Source of the DNA: Trichosphaerium sp. ATCC 40318
Lineage: Eukaryota > Protista > Tubulinea
DNA length: 64,000 bases
Reading direction: 5' to 3'
Assembly (NCBI GenBank): GCA_038496445.1
Contig: JALMLS010000612.1
Span: forward strand, 248,001 to 312,000
Shown: piece after piece, positions 13,518 to 24,288 of the stretch
How the letters are laid out: the number at the start of each line of letters is the position of its first letter
How positions within the stretch are numbered: the first letter of the stretch is position 1
The notes under the pieces: model-generated
Told to the model about the DNA's origin: nothing
Seen by the model: the letters and a program-made list of their open reading frames with translations, nothing else
Databases searched by the model: none
Program-made: the position numbers and the translations under genes

Positions 13518-13947
13518 ATGAACATTTTGTCTCCTGTTTATCACCTATCTCGCTACCAACGAAGTACTCTTAACACTAACACATCTAGATTGTGCGAAAC
13601 CCACATCAGGTACCAAGCAGCAATTTTCAATAGCACGCAAGCTTCCTACCTTAGCTATCTACGATGGAGCACAAACGCTGAAATTAGTGAGCTAACTCTC
13701 CGTAACGAGCGCCGAAGCGAGCAAGAAGAACGCGACTCCTTTTATGGATCACGAGGAGGTAGCAAACCACAGGGTAGTAGACGCCCATCATGGAATAGCA
13801 ATTATAGAAATAAGCGTTCATACTATGAGGATCTCAGAGAAAAACGGTCATTGCTATATAAGAGTAAGCTACCACTGTGTTAGCGGTCGTTCCACTTCTA
13901 ATGGAGGTGGAGGCGGCGGTGGTGGCGGCGGTGGGGGTGGTCACTAA
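13518..13947 (+). CDS. Hypothetical Arg/Ser/Gly-rich small protein ending in poly-Gly
   Basis: ORF 13518-13846 joins the GGN tract in frame if a 37-nt GT-AG intron (13847-13883) is removed. Start uncertain; no homology recognised. Confidence 0.25.
13903..13941 (+). repeat. GGN trinucleotide tract (Gly13)
   Basis: ggaggtggaggcggcggtggtggcggcggtgggggtggt; third-position variation suggests coding. Confidence 0.8.
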
Positions 13948-14375
13948 ACCCCTCCTTCCCTCTATAACTTCGTAACACAATAAAACTAATACTGCATTAT
14001 TCACACTTGTTTTTGAAGTAAAGTCTTTTATGTTGGAATATTGAGAAAACTCGCGCACTAAGTTAATATCCCTTTTTGGTATAACTCCACAAACGACCTT
14101 GTAAATACACTAGGTCTGCTTTTCTGCGTATATACAGCGTATGAGGCCTAGTCACATTTATCTGACATCCGACATTGTGTCAGAGTTTGATGCAATTTTG
14201 AGTTGTCATTTAAAGCGGATAAAACTGTTTATACTAGCGTGATAGTTGCAGCAGCGTGCAATAAATTGTTTGTGACGCCTCATGCGGAAGAAGTTCAGTA
14301 TTAAGGTACAATAGTAGGTATTATTGTGTTTACAAAGACTTGTGATGTATTGTAAATAACTGTTTGACTCTGTAG

Positions 14376-15392
14376 TTATACACGTAATGTCAATAACTTT
14401 ATAATAGATGGGGTTTTGATTTGCTTCATTCCGCTTGGTTTACGTGGTTGTCCGTTTGTTTTCCACTGTTTTAGAGAACCAACAATAATGTCATTAGAAT
14501 ATTCACACTTACATTCTAGTGATTGTTGGCCATTAGCATGCCACTCCTTACACACACCGCACTTCTTATTATCTTTGAAGAAATAATCACCTTTGATTTG
14601 TCCTGTAGAGTACCACGTTTTGTATTGCCCATGCAAACAATTATGACGGAAATATGCCATCACTTGTACTTGCCCATTGGCATACCAGACTTGTGTCAGT
14701 CCTTCTCTGTTCCCTTTCTTGAAGATAGCTCTACAATAGATCTGCCCAGTATTATAATAAGTACAGTGTTCGCCTTCCATGATACCATTAACAGAGCAGA
14801 AGTGAGAAGCAAGCTGACCGTTCTCAAAAAACCGTTTTTGATCACCGTGTTTAACACCATTTAAAAATTTGCTATGCTCTTGAATCTTTCCTGAACGATA
14901 CCATACTTTGTAATCTCCTTCCACTTTATGATTTACATAGGTTATTTGCTGTATTAATACCTTTGTTTTCGTATCAAATACCCTGTACTCACCAGAATAA
15001 CTGTGCAAATTTTTCATTAAACATTCTGTTTTAATGTCATAATTAAGTCTTTCCCATTTATAACTATCTCTATCCCACCTCTCTGACAAGTATTGTGTTC
15101 CCTTTTTCCATATTCCTGTCGGCTTCAACTGAGCGTTGAATCTTGTCTTCATTGCTGCTGTCTTGTTCAAAAGTGGCCAGGTGTAACTGACACTTTTATC
15201 AAAAGTACACATGTATTGTTGTATTTCTGGTGGCAAAGAAACAACACTGAAGCGTTCATAGAAGAGCCAACTCTTAAAATATCGAAACAGCTTGTATATA
15301 TACAATAGTATTGACACAAACACTAATAACATCGCCCAGGTAGCGACATTTGTGCTTGAAAGCAAAATCAAATATGCCACGTCAAAAAGCAT
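14376..15392 (-). CDS. Intronless membrane-anchored F-box-like / MORN-variant (YwqK-like) repeat protein
   Basis: TM segment, then F-box-like SLPPEIQQYMCTF, then ~7 24-aa repeats of the type G.YK.WY.NGQ (e.g. HGQYKTWYSTGQIKGDYFFKDNKKCG). Start placed at ATG 15392 because the longer ORF (15617) overlaps the divergent gene. Confidence 0.8.
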   Translation of the reverse strand: MLFDVAYLILLSSTNVATWAMLLVFVSILLYIYKLFRYFKSWLFYERFSVVSLPPEIQQYMCTFDKSVSYTWPLLNKTAAMKTRFNAQLKPTGIWKKGTQYLSERWDRDSYKWERLNYDIKTECLMKNLHSYSGEYRVFDTKTKVLIQQITYVNHKVEGDYKVWYRSGKIQEHSKFLNGVKHGDQKRFFENGQLASHFCSVNGIMEGEHCTYYNTGQIYCRAIFKKGNREGLTQVWYANGQVQVMAYFRHNCLHGQYKTWYSTGQIKGDYFFKDNKKCGVCKEWHANGQQSLECKCEYSNDIIVGSLKQWKTNGQPRKPSGMKQIKTPSIIKLLTLRV

Positions 15393-15503
15393 TCGCCTGC
15401 GACCGCCAATGCGTAGAGTGGCGTTTGTTGAAAAGAAAACAAAATCAACTAAAAAAGAAAACCGTTGAATTTTTGTTTGTGAAGTACAAATTTGCTGTAA
15501 GGC

Positions 15504-17703
15504 ATGGCATCTTTGCCCTGGGGACAACATTTTCCCCCTCGCCACTTCCCAAAGATACAAGCCATAAATGTACGCCAACTGAAGCCCAAACCTAAACCAA
15601 AGCCCAAAATTGTACATACATGGGCTTCAAGATGGCCATATGTACTTGTGGTTGTATTGGTTACCCTAGGAATGGCAGGTATCGGAAACTTGTTATGGTA
15701 TTGGTGGAGGCATTACAGCCAACAAAGGAAGCTCGAAGCGGCGTTGTACGCATATTTGAGCCGGTTGTCAAACATTAACGCTCATTTTGAAGGAAAAAGA
15801 CTCACTTACGCTCACGCGCGCAGCCTGAAGACCGTATGTCTGTTAATTGCGCAAGCAATCTAATTTTTTAAACAGAAGATGAATTCGACGTTGTAGTTGT
15901 TGGTGCAGGTCCAGCTGGAGCTACATGCGCGTATTATCTTGCAAGAAAAGGTTTAAAAGTATTACTTGTTGACAAGCAGACATTTCCTCGTGACAAAATC
16001 TGTGGAGGTACGCATCGCATTTTACAACGCGTCAAGCTCTTAAGGTACTTCGTGGCCTTATTTTAATAGATACTTTACACCCTTTGGCACAACAGCATCT
16101 TAGAGAAATGGATATTCTTGATGACTTGCTTCAAGATGGAAACACAGTGAATTGGGTTCGTCTTATTAATCTCTTGGCGAAACCGTGACGCTTCTTAGCT
16201 AAAACAAAGGGGATTCGTGTCACCAAATGGAAGTAGCTTTGTGGCTCCTGTTCGCCTTCAATCGCCTAAAGATGGTGTATTGGTTGTACAGAGGATTATT
16301 CTAGACGAAAGAATTGTAGAGGCTGCCAAACGTGTTGGAGCGTTTTTCAAAGATAATACTTCTGTCCGTGTACGTTCGTTGTCGATGTATATTTCCTTTT
16401 TGGTAACTTTGTCTTAAGTGGACCGAGTACTCTCAGACAGAACAAATGTGGAGTATTCACGTGAACGGACCAAAAGGTTTTGAAAGTGCGTACATCATTT
16501 GTGATTGTTGATGAAAACAAAAACGTTTATTCATTACATAGAAACAATCAAATGCCACGCTCTCGTAGCAGCAGATGGTGCCTCGTCATACATAGCCAGA
16601 AGTCTTAATATTGTTAAAACGTACGCAAATGTCTTTTGTACCTTTCTATTTATGGTACATTCAACAGGAAACCTAATGGCATAGCTGGACGTTCTATTAT
16701 AAAGGTGAGATTCTTTTTTTTTTCTTGTTCTTTCAACTTAGTTGGTGGTTTAGGCAGGAAGTCATGAGTGTCGCGCAGATGAACTTTTCTTCTACTCAAA
16801 GTATATTGCTGGAGCTGGACACGCTCACATTGCAAAGGAAGTTGGAAATTTCTTGAATTTCACTTGTTTTCTTGTATCAGGTAATTGATTTGGTTGAACC
16901 ACGTGATTGTATTCCTTAGTTTTTATTTTTTGTCTAGGAGACTCTAAACCCGCTCCAAAAGTTGAAACATTAGTACATGTATATGACACGCTAAAAACAC
17001 GTGACTTGAGCGTAAAAAAGGTTTTAGGTGCCTCAGTTGATTGTTCACAATTTAAAGTAAGTTTTCTGTTGTTCTTTTTTTTGTTGTTTACATTGTAATG
17101 TTCGGTAGATGGCATCTTTAAGATGTGGAGGCGTACCAAAAAGCTATGGACATGCTTGCCTCGTTGTTGGAGAGGCCGCTGGTCAGGTGAGCAAAAACCA
17201 ACAGTGCTGTAAAAAGCATCTCTAATATTTTTATAGGTTGATCCTTTGACAGGTCATGGTATTCACCTGGGGATGGAAGGCGCTAAGATTGGTAATGATG
17301 AGAAATATCATTTCCCTTAAACTGTTTTTATTAACTATCTGCTCTAGCTGCTGACACTCTTGAGCGTGCTTTCAAGCTTAATGATTTTTCTGAAGAACAA
17401 TTGAAGTTATATCAAAAAAAGTGGAAGAGTAAGATGAACCGCGATTTTTATTGGTAAGAGAAACTTTTGAATGTAGCAATCAATTTTGTGATATTCGAGT
17501 TTTAGGTCAAGATTTATTGTTGATCTTGCAACATACCAATCGAAGCATTTTTCGCTTAACGGCCGTTATTTTTAATTAATGTCAAAAAATAGGCAATGTC
17601 TGGTGTTAGATCAAAGCTAGAATTGATATTTTGGTTTCTGCGACCTGACGTTATTGTTCTCGTGTTCTACTACGCTCTTAGTCGCTTTTCTGATGATACA
17701 TAA
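15504..17703 (+). CDS. Geranylgeranyl reductase-family FAD-dependent oxidoreductase with N-terminal membrane anchor
   Basis: [47 protein letters not shown] and C-terminal WFLRPDV; ~13 introns. Confidence 0.85.
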
Positions 17704-17846
17704 GAATGACGTGTGTAAGATAAAGTATTGTACATTTAAACCTTGTTGTCTCTGGTGCCTACGCAAAGTTGGTATAAGGTGGAAGTTAAGTCTTGCTTAA
17801 TAAGTTCTAAAACGCTGTACAACGACTCCATTGTAACGGTTATACG

Positions 17847-19197
17847 ATGGGAGATTCAAGGGCGCTTGCTAAAAGCCCGTTGCAGTTTAGACTTATACAT
17901 TCGCCAATAGTGCCATTATCTACTGCCACAGGAATGGGTATTCGCTCTGCAGGCCATGCAGCGTTCTTTGGCTTTCTTTTTTATTATGACCATGCTACAA
18001 AGCCAATAATGAACTGGGTAATGTCTCTTACTAAAGACGACATGAAAGACGTACGCTATGCTTGTATTTCAAACTCACAGTAAAGTTTACGGAACTCGGT
18101 GCAAAAAGTCAAACATTTCGAGAATGCTCAGCGAATTTGAGACATGCATGGCGTAGAAGGCGGATTGTCAATCATAAAGATTTCGGTCGTGATTTTTTTT
18201 CTTACGTGCGAAACGACCTCCAAATACAACTACTATGGAACTACACGAACTGGTATTTGATGTACGTACAGTACAAATTGGAACAAGCAAGAGAATAAAA
18301 AACTGACAACCTGAAAGGCAGTGCCCTAACCGTCCTATCGAATACGTCATACACCACACTCAGAACATCATAACATTCCTGGCACGCAATGTCAAAACTA
18401 TTTTTTTAAATCGCTAACAATCACTCCAGACGCCTTCATATGTTGTTGAAACAGTTGCACCTGTATTAAACTACACATCTGCATTCTTAGAGCGACCTAT
18501 AACTTACTTCTGTGCGTGCTACAGCAGAGACAAAACAAATAACAACTTCATTTTCTTGCATTTCATTGTCAAATTATTCACTCCCAATCCTAGCCACAAA
18601 TGCAGAGTATGCCTTGAAGGAAGCATCACAAGTATACGGTGTCAGTGTTTATGGTGCATTAGCAGCATCTATTGTATACGCAGGTTACGATACATACTAT
18701 GTCTTGACAAAATCTATTGACTGGTCAGAATTATTTAAGGTAAAAAATTATCATCCGACACAACGTGTCAAAAATCTCATTCTTCTACTATAGCGAGCAA
18801 TTGAAAATTTAGCAACAGGCGTAGGACAGATAGTGAGTATTACAGCAGCAGTATATACAGCTTCATACTTATTGGGAGCACCTGGTTTTTGGACAAAATG
18901 GCCATTGTTCCTTTTGTGTGAACTTTACGGTACTTATGCGTCTATTGTTATTTCTTTCTCATTCTTTTTCTCTGTGTAGTACCATACTCAGCATCACAAA
19001 CAATGAGAAACTTTACAAGGCGGTATATTACTCGTGGTGTAGAGCCAGTAAAGCCATACTCATATGAATTGAAGTATGAAGCAGATGACACTTTCCTTTC
19101 GTTTAATTCATTCGCTGCGCTTTCAACAAGTCAAGAAGTGAAGAATAACGGATATCATAATGGAAATGAAGGTGATGACGAAGAAGAATTTTTGTAA
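17847..19197 (+). CDS. Hypothetical protein with hydrophobic helices
   Basis: Spliced exons in frame from ATG 17847 to TAA 19197; acidic C-terminus; no recognised domain. Confidence 0.6.
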
Positions 19198-19735
19198 TTG
19201 GAAAAAAAGGACGCAAAATTCTTCTCTTCTGTCGCAACTGACAACCAAAATGTTTGGCCATATATTATATTCGACAGACACCATTTTTATGTACAGCGCT
19301 AAAGTCGTTTGAACGACTTTCAAGCAAGTAAATGATCAACTTACTTTTACCACTGACAAAGTTGCAATAAGCCGTTGATTAATAAGGAAATAAGTGTTAA
19401 CCAGCTAGTGACGCAGGCTGTATTGTTGTGCAACTCTACGCAGACTTACAGCCAAAAAAACGCATTCGAGACTTGAGCAGACTTAGCTTAAGCGAACTGC
19501 TTTTTCAGCCCAATCAGCGTGGTTTTTATAAAAGGTGTAGCGCACGGGTCACGCATATAACCTTTCTAATTCATTATGTAAGATAACCAAACTAGCTTGT
19601 TGTAAAAATAATGTTTGAAACGATACTCGTTTGGAGCCTATTTTTCAAGGCAGTTGATGTTATACGTTAATCTGACGGTTTTAGACGATTATTAGTATCT
19701 TCTACACCAAACACAAGTGACACAAACATAACACA

Positions 19736-21615
19736 ATGGCAGACGCTGCTGAACGTGAAAAGAAACGCGCAGTACGATTTATAGCTTACAACAAAAAAAA
19801 CCTTCTTACGCCGTCGTTTATTAGGAGCGATTAGCCCGTAGGAGAGCCAGGCAGACCAAGAGCGAAAAACCTAAACCCATAGTAGAAACAAAAAATGTAC
19901 GCAAAACAGTATGCCTAGTTATATTACAAAACCATTGGCGTACACATTGACACTACCACGCTAGCTTGAAACTAAAACGGTAAAAGGAAAAAACAGAAAC
20001 CCGCGAGGAAGCTGCAAGAAGGAGAGCAGCTGCAAGAGAAGCTAGACGCAAAAAAACAGCAACAAGCCCATCTAAGGCAGCAGATTCCGAACCAAAACCT
20101 GAACCAACAACACGTACATATAACTGCACTGTTTCACCAGTAAACTAACGGATGTACGTAGCCAAGGAAACTGCAGCGGAAAGAGCACGTAAACGTGCTT
20201 TGATGCGTCAAAAGAAGCGCGAAACAGGAGAGTACGTTACCTATAGCAGCGAATACGATGTGTTAATGCCTTTTAGAGATTTGCTTAATCTGGCAAGCGA
20301 ATTAGATGATTGGTGGGATAACGAAGGTACATGTGCTTCCTATGGCACTGCTGAATCTAAAGACACCCCAATTCGCTGACAAAAGAGAAAAACTTTTCAC
20401 ATAGCTGATTTTTATTGCTTTTTTTCCTTCATTCACTTAAACAATTTAAATAGCTCCTGTCGTACACAAGATATCAGGACATTATCCTAAACCAGGACCA
20501 GGATCTATTAAAATAGAACCAGGACCAGGTTCCATGAAACTAGACGCTTCAGGTCATGGACAACAAACTCCTGGGCCAGGATCTGTAAAAATGGTACAAG
20601 GATCTCGACCCAAGAGTGTTGCTTCGATATCTCCTATTTCTCCCTCCTTCGAGGAGGCTCCAGCAGCTTCTACAGAGAAGCCTGTAGAACCAAAGGTAGC
20701 TAGTGCGCCGCCTCCACCACCTGCGCCTGTAGTTGAAGAGAAACCAGAGGAAGAAGAGGAAGAAAGCGGACTTAGTCCTTTGGAAGAATTTAAGAAGTTT
20801 ATGAATGATAACGGTTTTTCTGATTATATTGAAAAATTAATGAATGAGGGTTTTGAGGATCTAGAAGATATTGAAGAGGCTGACCTTATTGATATTGGTA
20901 TGAAGAAGGGTCATATAAGAAAGTTTACAAGACTTCTTGCTTCAAGAAGAGAAAATCAAAAGAGTAAACCTAAGTCTTTTACAAGAAAGGCAAATCAAAA
21001 ATATATTGATCAATGGCGCTTTGTAGCACTTGACAAGCCAGGTAAGAAACAATTTTTTTTTTTGATTTTGTTGTTGATTGTGAACAAAGAGTGCTTTTTG
21101 TTATATCACAAAAAGCACTTTCTTTGTTGGTGATGACATGGAGAACAATAACTTTCTTTGTTTTGTTGGTTTTTTTTTTGCTTGCTGTTGTTGCTTTGGT
21201 GTTGATGGTTTTTTTTAGGAGAAACTTTGTTAGAAGGAAAACCTGCGTGGGAACCTGGTGCAGCATTTTATAGAACATCACCTATTGAGAAATTTCATTT
21301 TCATAACGGATCTTACAAGTCATGGTGCGTTCTTATTTTTTTCTATTTTATACCAACATCGTGCTCTAAAATAAGCTAATATTTGCTTGAGCACATTTTT
21401 ATTTCAAATGTGAAAAAACTGCAAAAAATTACAGTAAAACAGAAGCCTCACGCGATTAAACTTTGAGGCGGTTTTTTGTTAACACTTTTGCTTGTTGTTG
21501 GTTGTGGGCTGACTTGTATTTGCCTTTTTTTAGGTTTATTGATCCTGATCAAATCAAAGATGTTGAATATGTTGTTACACTTTCTGGTAGTATTTACTAC
21601 TTGGGCCCTACATAA
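19736..21615 (+). CDS. Low-complexity protein with a SAM domain and a C-terminal SANTA-like beta domain
   Basis: SAM: FKKFMNDNGFSDYIEKLMNEGFEDLEDIEEADLIDIGMKKGHIRKF. C-terminus: IDQWRFV...LLEG...YRTSPIEK...VVTLSGSIYYLG. Three PGPGSxK repeats. Confidence 0.7.
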
Positions 21616-22064
21616 ATACAAAGTCCTTCCTCCTTTTTTTTTTCAGTTTTTTTGTGAAGAAAAAAATAAAACACATTAAAAAAAAACCCCTCCTCCTTCC
21701 TTTATTCTTTGTCTACATTATAAAACTACCATCTTAACGAATGGATAAGAGTAAGAAGCCTCGTTTTAGTCTTTGGAACGCAAAAGGTTTTAATGGAACT
21801 TCTTAAAAAAGTCCATTACTTGCAAAACTAGAACTTGACATGTCCTTGCCGACTCATTCATATTTTTAACTCCAGAGGTCTAAAACACGCTTTGTAACGC
21901 TATACTTCAATAAACGTATTCATCTTAAAGTCTTTGGCTGCTAAGAGTAGTGTATTCACAGTGTATGCTATGTAGTGTTTATCGCAGCACTTAATTGTGA
22001 ATTTAAGCTATTTCCGTTCAGGTAAAGATCTTGTCTTTAAACACTCAACACGTGCTCCACCAAT

Positions 22065-23453
22065 ATGGCGGAAAATAATAACCATGATAACAATGAATCA
22101 GATACTGTTGATAGAGAAACTTTATCTTCCTCTTATAACCCAGGAAGAAAGATGACAATAACTCAATTCGAAGAGCTAGATAAACAAGATGAGTCCCTTA
22201 AAAAATACAAAGAAACTTTGTTAGGCAGTTCCGGAACAAAGAAAAAAAAAAAGGGAAAGGAAACAGGCGGTACGTATTACTGTATAATATAGGAGCATAG
22301 ATAGAAAACGAATCTAGAATATAAACGCTTATAAAGACTTTGTTGAGGTTTTTTTTAATAATTTTTTTGGTAATCACGTGTTTAGATGATAGAACAGTTG
22401 TTGTTGAAGAGATGACTCTTATTGCGCCCGACAGGCCGGAGGGAAATATTATGTTTACGGACCTGTATAAGACTGATAAAAATGCAAAGAACATATCATT
22501 CACGTTAAAAGAAGGTGACATTTTTATTTTCGACCTAACAAGATTATTTTCTGTGTTCGCCCTTTTTTTTTTTTTTGGTTTATTTGTAGTTTACGGTTTT
22601 CTTGCTCACACTGGTTTTGTAAAGGGTGTCAGTATAGATTCAACGTAAAATTTCATGTTCAGAATGATATTGTGTCTGGTTTGAAGATAATCAATCAGGT
22701 TTTTCGCAGGAACATTAAAGGTAATCCTTTTTGTCACGTGATTTTTTTGTGCCTCTGATTACACCAAAAATGCCCAAAACTGTTTTCTTTTTTTTGATAT
22801 TTTCTAACGTCACCCTTATCTTGTATGTTAATCTTACACGAAAATAGTCGCTAAAGATGAGGAAATGTTGGGAAGTTATGCACCATCAGACGAGGTTAGA
22901 AGCATAACATTTCCCAGGTAACAAACAAAACCTTACTCCAAAAAAGTAACTTCTGATTAGACACGACTGGGAGGAGGCACCATCAGGCATGGCTGGTGCG
23001 TAAATCCGTGTGTTTATACCTCGACACAATACCTAATTCTTCACAATATAGGTAGAGGATCGTACCGTGGCGTATCCAAGGTGAGTAAAGCGAAAACAGC
23101 TCAGAATTTTTTTGTACATCCAAAAACATACTTTGTTTTTTCTTTTCGAAGTATACAGCGCTACAACCAAAGCAAGTGACTGCGTCGCTATTACTACCTT
23201 TTTGAAAAGAACGCCACATCTTTAAGCGTTGTTTCAGTTGTTTTTTCGCCAAATTATCTTCGTCGTACACGCATCACGTGGCATAAACTCTACAGGGTAT
23301 TTTGATTAATTTGTCTTTTAGTTTATGGATGACGATGATCAGCTTCATTTAAAGTATGAGTACGAGTTTACTATCAAGAAGACTTGGAGTGGCGCAGTAA
23401 AAAAAAGAAAACCACGAAAAGGGAAAAAATCTAAAGGAAAGGGCAATACTTGA
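22065..23453 (+). CDS. RhoGDI: Rho GDP-dissociation inhibitor (RhoGDI)
   Basis: DKQDESLKKYKETLLG, FTLKEG, FHVQNDIVSGLK, MLGSYAP, WEEAPSGM..RGSY, FMDDD...YEFTIKKTW. Confidence 0.95.
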
Positions 23454-24288
23454 ACAAAATCCACAAAACATCCACAAAAACAAAAAAAAAAATTTACCTC
23501 ACGGTATTAAACATTGTCCAATATACACCTCAGTTAATATTGAATGCGCTCCAAATGTAGCTCAACTTGTAAACAAACAGATTTCTTTCTTGTTTTTACA
23601 GAAGATGAACCAATAAAACACGTCAAACACTAAGCTTTTTTACCTTCTATCGCATTTTGGTAAACATCGTACTTTCAGCACTCCAGGATTTTACCTGAGG
23701 TTTCGGTCTGCCACCACCAAATTTGATGTAGTGCTAACACTAGTGTAAGAATAAAGACTAGTACGAATTGTTTGTCTAAAAAAATGTCGCAGCCAAGAAC
23801 AAGCTTGCATAGTTATCAATATCGCCAACAAGTTTTTCCACTGCATTGTCTATCAGACTGGAGCCTGACTTCGTTGGTGCAAAAACAATGAGTTGTCTAG
23901 CTCACTGTAACACAATAACATAAACTATGACTACACGCACGTGAGAAAACGTGATTTGCGTGAGCGAAGTAATAAACAATTTTAGAGTAAATAATAACAG
24001 AGAAGATAGTGAGCAGTGGAGCTGCAGTGGCCAAAAAGCGCAACCAAAAGGGGTGATCCTCACTCTTTATGTGGCAGTCTCTATTACTATAAAGTTGTGT
24101 GGAAAATCGTGTGACAAAGAAAGCTTACGTCCGAATTAAAAATTGTATCTTTTAATAAGTACTAACAAGTGGAGGTTTTTTTTCTGATGGTGGGATAAAG
24201 AATTGAGGGGAAAAAAATATACGACTGATTTCGAGTCGTAGATATCGACAGATATATCATATCTCTTCGTTTTTTGGATTGAAGTTAA

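Noticed and set aside
15393-15617. Overlapping head-to-head coding of the MORN ORF extension and the GGR N-terminus
   Set aside because: A downstream ATG (15392) gives a coherent protein without overlap; the extension looks like an antisense shadow.
18382-18429. Additional GC donor (CTG|GCACGC)
   Set aside because: An in-frame GT donor 9 nt downstream works equally well, so it was not counted.
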